From IMG/VR virus record IMGVR_UViG_3300046411_001024: 64,000 bases of DNA. One strand, 5' to 3'. This document shows positions 55,544-63,990 of the stretch, piece after piece (the stretch's first letter is position 1; every line of letters begins with the position of its first letter). Under the pieces are notes generated by a model. That model did not search any database. It had not been told where the DNA came from and worked only from the letters and a program-made list of their open reading frames with translations. The translations under genes and the position numbers were made by a program. Source of the stretch: an uncultured virus (IMG/VR IMGVR_UViG_3300046411_001024). Taxonomy: Duplodnaviria; Heunggongvirae; Uroviricota; Caudoviricetes.

Positions 55544-56098
55544 TTATTTTCCATACTGAATGACGATTGAAAATCTGTGCGTTGGGCTGTGGATTGTTGG
55601 TGGGTTGATTGTGTGGGGTATTGTGCCATCGAATAAAATTATCCTCCCTGGAATATAGAACGATGCCCAGTCTAGGGTATCGTTGGTTGAGTTAGTAAAC
55701 AGTGTTTGTCCACCCCAAGACTTTTCCCATTCCATGTTGGGATAATATAGCATGGTTAAATTATGCTCAGCACCAGTATCGCAATGAAAACGATTTTTAT
55801 CCTGGATTGTACTAAGGTTAATCCTAGCTTGTGTTATTGTATAGTCATCTAAGTGGTGTTTGATGTGGGAATATGCTTCAATTTTCTCTATCCCCATATT
55901 TTCCACATCAACGAGAGAGAGATTACAATATAAGTTATAGTCGCCTTTAGTCTCCAATCTTTGTACATCAGAGCCACTTAGCGAATACTTTTTGTTTAAG
56001 CAATAACTATATAGTCTTTCTCGTTCTTCGAAAGTAAAGATATTATCAAAATACCACAGAGACTTTCCATCGATCTTTCTGAGTCGTTCTTCAACCAT
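55544..56098 (-). CDS. 2OG-Fe(II) oxygenase (prolyl-hydroxylase-like)
   Basis: HCD..YYPN.EW..WGGQTLF..FDGTIPH..RFSI. Confidence 0.88.
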   Translation of the reverse strand: MVEERLRKIDGKSLWYFDNIFTFEERERLYSYCLNKKYSLSGSDVQRLETKGDYNLYCNLSLVDVENMGIEKIEAYSHIKHHLDDYTITQARINLSTIQDKNRFHCDTGAEHNLTMLYYPNMEWEKSWGGQTLFTNSTNDTLDWASFYIPGRIILFDGTIPHTINPPTIHSPTHRFSIVIQYGK

Positions 56099-56109
56099 AT
56101 ATACTTACC

Positions 56110-56478
56110 CTATTCATCATCCTCGTTATCGTCTATATCAGCCTGTTTGGGCTCATGGTGGGGTCTCTCACAGGGCATCCCACTATTATCAAACCACCTG
56201 CCATCAGAGGTATGAAAATACTTCTGATAATAAACTCCAGTGGTTTTCATATGGTCAGTACGATATCGTCTAAACTTTTTTTCTTCTATTTTACCTTTAT
56301 ATTCTTCACCGAACTCACCTTGTAGTAATCTGCGTTGTGCAGCAACATAGCCACCACCATAAATCCTATCAATCCACTCACCATTAACAAAATTAGTGAC
56401 AACCCTTTTGGGTTTGGATTCTTCTATATAATCCTCATCTTCCCACTTTTCTTCAATCAGTGCTTTCTTCATCATCAT
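56110..56478 (-). CDS. Hypothetical protein
   Basis: 122 aa; TSDGRWFDNSGMP motif. Confidence 0.7.
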   Translation of the reverse strand: MMMKKALIEEKWEDEDYIEESKPKRVVTNFVNGEWIDRIYGGGYVAAQRRLLQGEFGEEYKGKIEEKKFRRYRTDHMKTTGVYYQKYFHTSDGRWFDNSGMPCERPHHEPKQADIDDNEDDE

Positions 56479-56965
56479 CTCCTCGTTCAGTTTTAGTAAA
56501 TTCTAAATTGGTATTCTCATTTATGTCAACTATATTGTCATTAGCTGGCGAATCTGGTATCTGAAGAGGTTCATCATTTTCACTTCGTATATCATAATTT
56601 ACTTCCTCATTACTTCCCATTGGTCTTTTCTCAATAGAAACTAAATCGATGGTATCAAAATCTAAGGTTCCAATAATAACCTTTGCTTGCTCTTTACCCA
56701 TCTCGAGCACAAGTATATCTTTCGCAGCAATTAACATACCCATTGATGCACTTATTGCTTGCTTCCCAGTTTTAATACTTGTTAGTGCTTCCCAAAGTGG
56801 TGTAAGAATAAAGTTTTGCTCATACTCATGTTGCTTTCTAACTTCCTCCAACCTATCCGCATCAAATTTTTTCGCAGCATATTCGTTGATATCAACTATT
56901 TCAGCATCTTGTATATTATCTTTATCGTCTGTCATTTTATCTCCTTCCCTTCGGGATTGACCCAA
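56453..56965 (-). CDS. Hypothetical acidic protein (start may be 56935)
   Basis: ORF filling the gap; AAGGAG RBS before MTDD. Confidence 0.65.
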   Translation of the reverse strand: MGQSRREGDKMTDDKDNIQDAEIVDINEYAAKKFDADRLEEVRKQHEYEQNFILTPLWEALTSIKTGKQAISASMGMLIAAKDILVLEMGKEQAKVIIGTLDFDTIDLVSIEKRPMGSNEEVNYDIRSENDEPLQIPDSPANDNIVDINENTNLEFTKTERGDDDEESTD

Positions 56966-57447
56966 TGTCTTCTTTCAAAGTTTGGGTCGCTTGATTTAAA
57001 AAAGTTTCTATCGACACCTTGTTCAAATGTCTCCATTAATCTTTTGGTTGGTCTAAATACTTGACCACTGCCTTTAGCTTTTATGATGCCATCGCTCATG
57101 TCTTTTATAGCGAATATACCTTCACCAAGTTCACCTGCTTTTCTATCTGTAGCTTTCCATACTTTTCGATAACATTTTACTGTTGTAGGAAAGTGTATTG
57201 GTGCTAGGAAATTAATTTTAAAATTTCTAATAAAAAATCCAGGAACAGGATTAGAATACAATAAGGATATCATTAATGCTCCTGGCATAACATTACCCTC
57301 TTCATCACCAAAGTGTAAAGGATTATCATCTTGAATAATTTTACAAAAGTTTCTTACCAAGTCTTCAGTAATTTCTACATCATGAATATAATCTTTTAAT
57401 AAGTCTGCTCTATCAAAAGGAACTTCGCTCATTAGCATTTTCTCCAT
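56932..57447 (-). CDS. MaoC-like hotdog-fold dehydratase
   Basis: F..IIQDDNPLH..VMPGAL..INFLAPI.F hydratase motif (DxNPxH). Confidence 0.75.
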   Translation of the reverse strand: MEKMLMSEVPFDRADLLKDYIHDVEITEDLVRNFCKIIQDDNPLHFGDEEGNVMPGALMISLLYSNPVPGFFIRNFKINFLAPIHFPTTVKCYRKVWKATDRKAGELGEGIFAIKDMSDGIIKAKGSGQVFRPTKRLMETFEQGVDRNFFKSSDPNFERRHWVNPEGKEIK

Positions 57448-58445
57448 AAGTTAAATTTAGCCACAGCATCAACACCCTCTACACTATTATGTTCTATAAG
57501 AGCATGTATTGTTAGAGGTGTTTTACCTGCCATAATCATTTCATTAATATCTTTTTCTTTCACACTATCATTCCATAAACAAACACGAAACCCATGATTA
57601 ATCATTTTCTCAATCTGCTTTACTATGGCAGAGTTTCTTGGTTCATTATCAAATACGATAGTACAGTTATCTTTAAACTGACTGACTTGTGGTATATTAA
57701 AGTCAGCACCAGCTGTAGCAATACAATTATCTAGAAACAAACTATCGATTGGACCTTCGACAACATAAACATGTCTATCTTTATCTACTCGGTCGAGACC
57801 ATATACTTTATGATTTTTTTCATTTGTTTTGATTGTATAATACTTAGGTGTTTCATTTCCGAAAGATCTGCCTTGTATCGCTATTAATTCTTTTTCTTCA
57901 TTGTAAAATGGTATAACTAATCTTGGCTCATCACTTTCTATCTGATGAAACTTCATGACTATATTATTATTCACCCATTCTTTAAATCTGGGCACCCAAA
58001 AGAAGTGTTGATGAAGATCGTGATTTATGTGTCGTCTTAACAAGAACTTCTTGATTGGGTGCGAGTTATCCAAAGTAGATACTAAGTTGGCATGTTTTAG
58101 CGAGGTATAAGCCAAGTTCGTATCTGTTTTGAATATTTCTAAATCAGGTTTATCTGTAATATGTTTATTATTAGTACTACCAAATTTTTCAAGGGAGTAC
58201 TCATTATAGATTCTTTGGTCAACCTGCTTGAGCAAGTTGCCTAGACTACTGCCAGCTTGACAGTTATGGCACTTGTAAAATAACGAGGACTCTTTTCTAT
58301 AGATATATCCTCTAGCTTTTGATTGATTTTTTTGTGAGTCTCCACAGAGAGGACAGGAAAAGTTCCATAGATAATCCTTCTGTTGTTTAAAGTTTCTTAC
58401 ACGAGGTGCAAGCATACTCGCATATTTTGCGTCCACATAAATCAT
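57432..58445 (-). CDS. gp61: DNA primase gp61
   Basis: CPLCGDS..KARG..CHNC zinc finger; PRLVIPF; VEGPIDSLF; DNEPRN; KDINEM. Confidence 0.96.
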   Translation of the reverse strand: MIYVDAKYASMLAPRVRNFKQQKDYLWNFSCPLCGDSQKNQSKARGYIYRKESSLFYKCHNCQAGSSLGNLLKQVDQRIYNEYSLEKFGSTNNKHITDKPDLEIFKTDTNLAYTSLKHANLVSTLDNSHPIKKFLLRRHINHDLHQHFFWVPRFKEWVNNNIVMKFHQIESDEPRLVIPFYNEEKELIAIQGRSFGNETPKYYTIKTNEKNHKVYGLDRVDKDRHVYVVEGPIDSLFLDNCIATAGADFNIPQVSQFKDNCTIVFDNEPRNSAIVKQIEKMINHGFRVCLWNDSVKEKDINEMIMAGKTPLTIHALIEHNSVEGVDAVAKFNLWRKC

Positions 58446-58452
58446 AGATATA

Positions 58453-58481
58453 ATATTAGTTGAAAAAAACTTAAAAGTAAA
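58453..58481 (-). promoter_or_regulatory. Sigma70-like promoter, TTTACT class, upstream of primase
   Basis: TTTACT-TTTAAG..(17 nt)-TAATAT. Confidence 0.72.
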
Positions 58482-58486
58482 GTTTC

Positions 58487-58903
58487 TTACATAAGATAAC
58501 CAAGTAGTCCCATACCACCTGCAATACTAGCAATTATGCCCATGACATACCACTTATATTGCTCCAGTTTTACAACTTTGTTATCTAAATTCGTTATTTC
58601 TTCAGACATTTTGGCATGCTGTCGACTAGCAGTATCATTAATTGCCTTTTCTGACTGATGGATAGCAGTGACGACTTCTTTCGCACCTTCGGTAATTCGC
58701 TGATGCAGTACCTTAATATCTCTCTTAATTTCTTCATCGGTTTCTTCTCCCGAATCTAATCTACTGTCATGTACAGCTAGTAGCTTAGATATTTGAGAAG
58801 TGGCTTCACCTATCTTCTCAATAGATACATCGATCTTCTGAATATCATTCTTCAGGTTAGATATTTCGACTTGATTCTTTGCTATTTCGACTTCACTCGC
58901 CAT
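58487..58903 (-). CDS. Coiled-coil protein with C-terminal TM (possible holin/antiholin)
   Basis: LEQYKWYVMG then a TM helix; next to the spanins. Confidence 0.65.
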   Translation of the reverse strand: MASEVEIAKNQVEISNLKNDIQKIDVSIEKIGEATSQISKLLAVHDSRLDSGEETDEEIKRDIKVLHQRITEGAKEVVTAIHQSEKAINDTASRQHAKMSEEITNLDNKVVKLEQYKWYVMGIIASIAGGMGLLGYLM

Positions 58904-59510
58904 AGTTGTGTACCCTTTGCATTTCTCCTACCCATCTTTGTAATTGTTGAAGTTGCCTTCTTACTTCATTACAAGAGGTGTAGTTATCTACAGTTATCGT
59001 TGTTAATTCTGAGAGTCGGAGTTTTTCCTCTCCTCTATCGTCTCCATTTTCTTCCCCTCCTCCATCAGTACTTCTGGTGGTGTCGGGAACTTCATTTTTA
59101 ATGGCACTGTCGTGGAGCAACCTAACATCGTCAGGAATACTACACTGAGCATCATCGTTTTCATTAAGTAGTTCATTGACCTTCTCACTTATTTTATTTC
59201 CATTACTTGTTATTCTATTGCTGTCTGCTTCATATTCTTGAGCTAACTCGTTAGAAACTTTTTCAGCTTCAGCTTCAATAAGTTTCATTTCTTCTTTCAT
59301 GTTATTTAGCTCTTCGATAATCGGACCACTAGTCCAAACAGCACCCAATAGAAACGATCCGACGCCAAATAATAATCCAAAAACTAATCCCCAACTTTTA
59401 GGTATAAGTGGTAAAATAGAAACTATTACAAGTCCTATTAAGCCAACAGCTGTAATACCAAAATAAATTGAAGTGGGTATCCACCCAAGTATAGTAATTA
59501 ATGAAAACAT
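58893..59510 (-). CDS. Inner-membrane spanin (Rz-like)
   Basis: N-terminal TMs, coiled coil, C.IP..V.LLHD.A motif; nested lipoprotein gene. Confidence 0.8.
   Translation of the reverse strand: MFSLITILGWIPTSIYFGITAVGLIGLVIVSILPLIPKSWGLVFGLLFGVGSFLLGAVWTSGPIIEELNNMKEEMKLIEAEAEKVSNELAQEYEADSNRITSNGNKISEKVNELLNENDDAQCSIPDDVRLLHDSAIKNEVPDTTRSTDGGGEENGDDRGEEKLRLSELTTITVDNYTSCNEVRRQLQQLQRWVGEMQRVHNYGE
59003..59164 (-). CDS. Outer-membrane spanin lipoprotein (Rz1-like), nested in Rz
   Basis: MKTMMLSVVFLTMLGC lipobox followed by Pro-rich STTVPLKMKFPTPPE. Confidence 0.8.
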   Translation of the reverse strand: MKTMMLSVVFLTMLGCSTTVPLKMKFPTPPEVLMEEGKKMETIEERKNSDSQN

Positions 59511-60385
59511 TATAATGCTGTAGTTGATACTACGATATCGTTTGGTTGGTTAAGCATAGTGCTTTTACCAACTGACCTTGCTACAGGTCTTTTGATATGT
59601 CTCCAACTTCCTCCACCATTTCTATTAAATCTTATTGCTTTAGTATCACCCTCTTTTGTTTGTAAGACTATGACACCTTTCGGATTTTTACGAGCATAAT
59701 TATATATGGCAGATTGTGTATCATCTGACATATTCAGATACTCTTTCCATTTAGAATATTTCTTTTTCCCTGATTTAAACTTTTTAAGGACATCGCCTGA
59801 TACTTGAAATGTAGCAAACTTTCTACCCTTTTTCATTCTAACTGTTGGGGATAAATCTACTCCCCCACCTGACACTGAGTTTGCAGCAACTTCTTCATCA
59901 GTCTGGTCTTTTGGTTTTTTACCAGCTTTTTTCATAGAGATTGCGATTGCTGCTTGTTGTGCAGGCGACTTTGCTTCGATATTAAACATATTCCAATATA
60001 GATGTTCAATAACTTCTTCGACTAATAATTCTTCTTCTAATAGAGAAATATCTTTTGATATTAAGTCTTCATATTTTTCACGCAATATATGTACTGACTC
60101 TTGTCCTTCATATGCTTCACGAATTAGATAATATGCTGCAGCAAGTGAGCCCAGTCTGGTTTTACCACCAGGAGCTTTTTCTACGAACTGCTTTAGTTTG
60201 AATATTAATCTATGTAAAAAGGTATATGCGTTCTTTTCCTTAGTAGTAGTCAGCTTGTTAGCTTTCTTAAGGATCTTACCTCTCTCGTCAATAATACCTT
60301 CTTTAAAAGCATCAGTGTCTTTAAAAGGTTTTACTAACATAGAAATTATTCTATAAGCAATTATATTATCTACTGTTTTACTCAT
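59510..60385 (-). CDS. Conserved T4-like hypothetical, probable virion protein
   Basis: L.KPF..TDAFKEGIIDE.GK..AYT..HRLIFKLK motif. Confidence 0.75.
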   Translation of the reverse strand: MSKTVDNIIAYRIISMLVKPFKDTDAFKEGIIDERGKILKKANKLTTTKEKNAYTFLHRLIFKLKQFVEKAPGGKTRLGSLAAAYYLIREAYEGQESVHILREKYEDLISKDISLLEEELLVEEVIEHLYWNMFNIEAKSPAQQAAIAISMKKAGKKPKDQTDEEVAANSVSGGGVDLSPTVRMKKGRKFATFQVSGDVLKKFKSGKKKYSKWKEYLNMSDDTQSAIYNYARKNPKGVIVLQTKEGDTKAIRFNRNGGGSWRHIKRPVARSVGKSTMLNQPNDIVVSTTAL

Positions 60386-60759
60386 ATCTCTCTTAGTATA
60401 TCTACGATGCTTTCATCGTGATTTAAACTTGTGGAACGAGTGGATGTTCCTGGAATATATTCGGGAAGTCTGCCTAGATATGTTAGGAATACAATAAGTG
60501 CATTCCAGCTTTCTTCATCCACTTTGAAGAATAGCATATCAGTTGCAGCTTCTCCCCATAAATTATAAATTACGATTATATGATTTAAAATTAATCTTTC
60601 TCTTAGATCTTTGTTCTTTTTATATCTTTGAAATAATTTGTTAAGATATAAAAACTTCTTTAAATCATTTTCAAACTCTTCAAGTGTCGCACAAGAAGGG
60701 TTATCGTAATTATTTAGAGCAAACTGAAGAAAGTTATTTTCTGTCAGTTTTTTTATCAT
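60382..60759 (-). CDS. Conserved T4-like hypothetical protein
   Basis: LTENNF..FA..NYDNP.C..EF..DLK..LRERLILNHII. Confidence 0.8.
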   Translation of the reverse strand: MIKKLTENNFLQFALNNYDNPSCATLEEFENDLKKFLYLNKLFQRYKKNKDLRERLILNHIIVIYNLWGEAATDMLFFKVDEESWNALIVFLTYLGRLPEYIPGTSTRSTSLNHDESIVDILREI

Positions 60760-60946
60760 TGCTCTTCTTTGGTTCTTCAGTTTGAAATTTTACAATATCT
60801 TCTAATGCTTGAATCGCACCAGTCAACATGTTCATCTCAGCTTGAGTATTAACCACACCTTGATTAAGTTGAATAAGGATCTCTTCTTTTTTCTTTAGAG
60901 AATCTCTGTATCCATCAAGTTTCGCATTAACATCATAATCTGCCAT
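60734..60946 (-). CDS. Small coiled-coil protein
   Basis: 70 aa, L.GAIQALE motif, AGGAG RBS. Confidence 0.7.
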   Translation of the reverse strand: MADYDVNAKLDGYRDSLKKKEEILIQLNQGVVNTQAEMNMLTGAIQALEDIVKFQTEEPKKSNDKKTDRK

Positions 60947-60969
60947 AATTATCTCCTAAAAATAATATA

Positions 60970-61566
60970 TTAGTTTACAACTACAGAGTTAGAGCCAATA
61001 ACACTCCACCCTACAGTAGCAACATACAGTAAAGTGACTGCGTCACCAACTGCATTGAATGTTATAGTAGTACCACCATTTAATGTTGTAGGTGTAAGGA
61101 CACAAGATCCTGAACCACCAACTACTACAAAAATTTTAACTTGCCCAACTGTACCATTAGCAAGTGACGCAGCATCTGAACCAGATGACAAAGTAAGTTC
61201 GGTCACAGCTTTAGTTAAGTCGGCAGTAGATGTTCCTGTTGAAGACTGAGCAGTTTGCGATAGGTATAAACTACCACCACTGATTGCTACATCCCCATTT
61301 ACATCAAGTTTCTGTGTTGGAGTTGCTACTCCTACACCAACTCGGTCAGTTGAAGCATCTACATATAATAGATTGTTGTCGTTTAATCCTTCGACACGAG
61401 TGTCTTGGTCACCACCAGATTCGTTAATAATAACTGGGGTGTCTAAGTTTGCGAATAGATTTGCGACTGTTAGTTTTTTATTAGAGCCACCTTGAACGAT
61501 ATTCAAGAGATCGGCACCTGCAGCAGAGGTTGCTGCGACTAGTTCTGAAATTTTTTGGTCTGCCAT
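60970..61566 (-). CDS. Virion structural / fibre-like protein
   Basis: MADQKISEL N-terminus; RVGVG.ATP..KLDVNG; G/T/S-rich. Confidence 0.75.
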   Translation of the reverse strand: MADQKISELVAATSAAGADLLNIVQGGSNKKLTVANLFANLDTPVIINESGGDQDTRVEGLNDNNLLYVDASTDRVGVGVATPTQKLDVNGDVAISGGSLYLSQTAQSSTGTSTADLTKAVTELTLSSGSDAASLANGTVGQVKIFVVVGGSGSCVLTPTTLNGGTTITFNAVGDAVTLLYVATVGWSVIGSNSVVVN

Positions 61567-61597
61567 AATTTTACTCCTATTTTATATTTGCAGAATA

Positions 61598-61621
61598 GGG
61601 AGGGTTTTTTACAACCCTCCC
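61598..61621 (-). terminator. Terminator-like hairpin
   Basis: GGGAGGGTT..AACCCTCCC inverted repeat. Confidence 0.65.
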
Positions 61622-61649
61622 ACAGTTCTAGGTTTATGTTATTCGGTTA

Positions 61650-62765
61650 TTAAGATCCGAAAGTAAGTGTAGCTACACCATTAGAGACTTGCTCTGGTGC
61701 ACCATTAGCACTGTTCACTTTTACTCTGTACTTCTTACCATTGTGAGTAGTATCAGTCACACCAGATACTGCTAATGTAGCAGTAGCGAAGTCTGCGTAG
61801 ATTCCACCATCAGTACCAGCAGCGATGTCAACCCAACGAGTTCCAGTAGCTGTTTGTCTTTGCCACTTGTAGTTGAGTGCACCAATCGTACCTACGACTG
61901 ATCCAGTAGTTAGAGTAATTGTTGCATTTCCACTTGATGTAGTCATTGCAGCAGGTTGTACTGTTATAGCGAATGAGTTAGCAGCATCAGATACAGAAGC
62001 ATCATCAGCAGCATCGTCACCTGCTTGAGCAGCAGTACGAGCCATAGCAACTATACATTCAGCTTGGTATCTTGTATTACCATCTGAGTCTTGTTTGCCA
62101 GATTTAATTGTCCACCAACCAGCACCAGTAATACCTCTTGCTTTGTTTTGAGCAAGTTGTGCTTCGTCAGTATCAACGAACATAATGTCCGCAGCAGCAT
62201 ATTTGTTTCCTGCTTTTACGACACTTGCGACAGCTTGTACACCAGCGAAAGTTTGTGCGTTATTACCTGTACCAGAAATTGCGATTGCAGTTCCAGCTTC
62301 GGCATTAGTTTTGTTAGTAGCAACTTTAATATTAGTTGCGTCAACTTTAATTACGAAGTAAGTTGTACCACCAGTTAATCCAGTGATATCAGTACCACCA
62401 CCATTAGCATATATAACAGCATCACCTGTATTTAAGTTATGCGTTCCAGTTGTGATTGTATCAGATGCAGTAGTGACAGCAGAAGTAGCAACAGTATTAG
62501 ATGTTGGTGCAGCAATTGTCACACCAGCAGCATCACCTGCTACATATCCGTCTCCTGGATCTGTAATTGTAATTGAAGCAAGAGTAGAACCAGATAATAC
62601 TCCAGTTCCAGTTGCTTGAGTGCCAGATGCTGGGGCAGCAATTGCGACTGAAGGAGCGGAACCATATCCACTTCCTAAAGTAGTCACATTTAATTTTTTA
62701 ATTTGCCCAACTTCTAGCCAGTTTGGTCGATTCACATGCGAATCAGAGTCTCCCCACATTGCCAT
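61650..62765 (-). CDS. Virion decoration/fibre protein with a C-terminal Ig-like domain
   Basis: MAMWG start; GSGY..AP.V.I repeats; ITVQP..YKWQ..YRVKV..VS..ATL Ig pattern. Confidence 0.75.
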   Translation of the reverse strand: MAMWGDSDSHVNRPNWLEVGQIKKLNVTTLGSGYGSAPSVAIAAPASGTQATGTGVLSGSTLASITITDPGDGYVAGDAAGVTIAAPTSNTVATSAVTTASDTITTGTHNLNTGDAVIYANGGGTDITGLTGGTTYFVIKVDATNIKVATNKTNAEAGTAIAISGTGNNAQTFAGVQAVASVVKAGNKYAAADIMFVDTDEAQLAQNKARGITGAGWWTIKSGKQDSDGNTRYQAECIVAMARTAAQAGDDAADDASVSDAANSFAITVQPAAMTTSSGNATITLTTGSVVGTIGALNYKWQRQTATGTRWVDIAAGTDGGIYADFATATLAVSGVTDTTHNGKKYRVKVNSANGAPEQVSNGVATLTFGS

Positions 62766-62766
62766 A

Positions 62767-63990
62767 TTAGTCTCCTATTTTAGATTGAAATTGTTTATAT
62801 GATAAGGGCATCCCTTTGACTGGCTCAACTTTTGGCTCGTTGACGGACTCTAAGTCTCCATCTTCCACCAACTTAATGTAGTCATGGGCAGAGTCGGTAA
62901 GATCTGAAACGATCTCTTCAACTTCTGATATAGTTAGACCATTAAAGGTCTCAAAACTTTCTGCTGCTTTTTTCAAAGCATACTTAACTTTTCCATTAGA
63001 TGCTAATCCTTTTTTCATTTTATTAATTGCATTTGTAGCACCAGTGTAGTTATGTCCAGCCATCTTCTTAGCGATGTCGACAGCTTTAGCGATTTCTGCA
63101 TCGGAGAATTCTCCTTCATCAATCATTTCGTCTTTATCTTTTTTCTTTTGTGCGTTTACTGATTTTTTAGATTTCGGTTTCATATACTTAGAATGGTCTT
63201 CTGTAGTATAAATTTTTAAATCCTCAGTTGGTACTTCTTTTTCAACACCATGTTCGAATTCTACATCATACCAAGAAACATAGCCATCGTCAGTTGGTAC
63301 TGCGTGACTTTCATAAACTGGCTTTCCGAATCCCCATACAATATGTTCTACGACAGTAGCACAGTCATGGTCTTTTGAATGACAGTTTTCTCTTTCTTCG
63401 TTAGCAGTTTTTGCAGCACTAGCGAAATCTTTTTCTGTAGGTGCACCCTTCTCACCTTTTTTACGCATTTTTTCTCCTCGTTTTCTTTTCATATTTATAT
63501 TATGATACAGACCAGGACCTTTCTCGTCTATTGCTTCTTCTTTCTTGAATGCATTGGGAGCCATTCTCATATATTCATGCCTTGCTTTTTTAATTTTGTC
63601 ACTAATGGCATCAATATTCTTTCCTGCTTTTCTCATTTTATCTCTTTGGATAAGCATGGCTTTAAATGCTGCTGGCATTTCTTCATCAAGTGATTCTTTG
63701 TTGAGCATTTTGCCATATTCTATTCTGGCTTTTTTAATTTTGTCACTAATAGAATCAATATTCTGTCCCATAGCTTTCATTCTAGCTTTTTGGTCCAGCA
63801 TTTTTCTCAAGTCACCATAGTTTCTGATTGTTTCATCAAGCGATTCTTTTTTCATACCACCTGCTTGAATTTTTTTCTTTTCAGCTTCTATTTCTTTATC
63901 AACCACCATAGTGTTTTGACCCATTTTTCTCATGCGTTGCTTCTTTAAAAGTAAATCTGAATATTTTGCATACTTACCTTCAGTTTTCAT
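62767..63990 (-). CDS. Large modular phage protein, probably head-internal (5' may extend beyond the window)
   Basis: Frame stays open to the window edge; internal repeats; HDCA..VEH..WG.G..WYDVEFEHG module. Confidence 0.7.
   Translation of the reverse strand: MKTEGKYAKYSDLLLKKQRMRKMGQNTMVVDKEIEAEKKKIQAGGMKKESLDETIRNYGDLRKMLDQKARMKAMGQNIDSISDKIKKARIEYGKMLNKESLDEEMPAAFKAMLIQRDKMRKAGKNIDAISDKIKKARHEYMRMAPNAFKKEEAIDEKGPGLYHNINMKRKRGEKMRKKGEKGAPTEKDFASAAKTANEERENCHSKDHDCATVVEHIVWGFGKPVYESHAVPTDDGYVSWYDVEFEHGVEKEVPTEDLKIYTTEDHSKYMKPKSKKSVNAQKKKDKDEMIDEGEFSDAEIAKAVDIAKKMAGHNYTGATNAINKMKKGLASNGKVKYALKKAAESFETFNGLTISEVEEIVSDLTDSAHDYIKLVEDGDLESVNEPKVEPVKGMPLSYKQFQSKIGD

Noticed and set aside
55543..55629. 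N-terminal extension of NrdA given in the ORF track
   Set aside because: It overlaps the upstream 2OG oxygenase and looks like shadow sequence; the same applies to the extended starts listed for ThyX, the HD protein and 17299-17718.
59015..59035. Programmed frameshift extending the o-spanin into the i-spanin frame at G_AAA_AAC
   Set aside because: The heptamer is imperfect, no stimulator is evident, and a plain nested Rz1 explains the layout.
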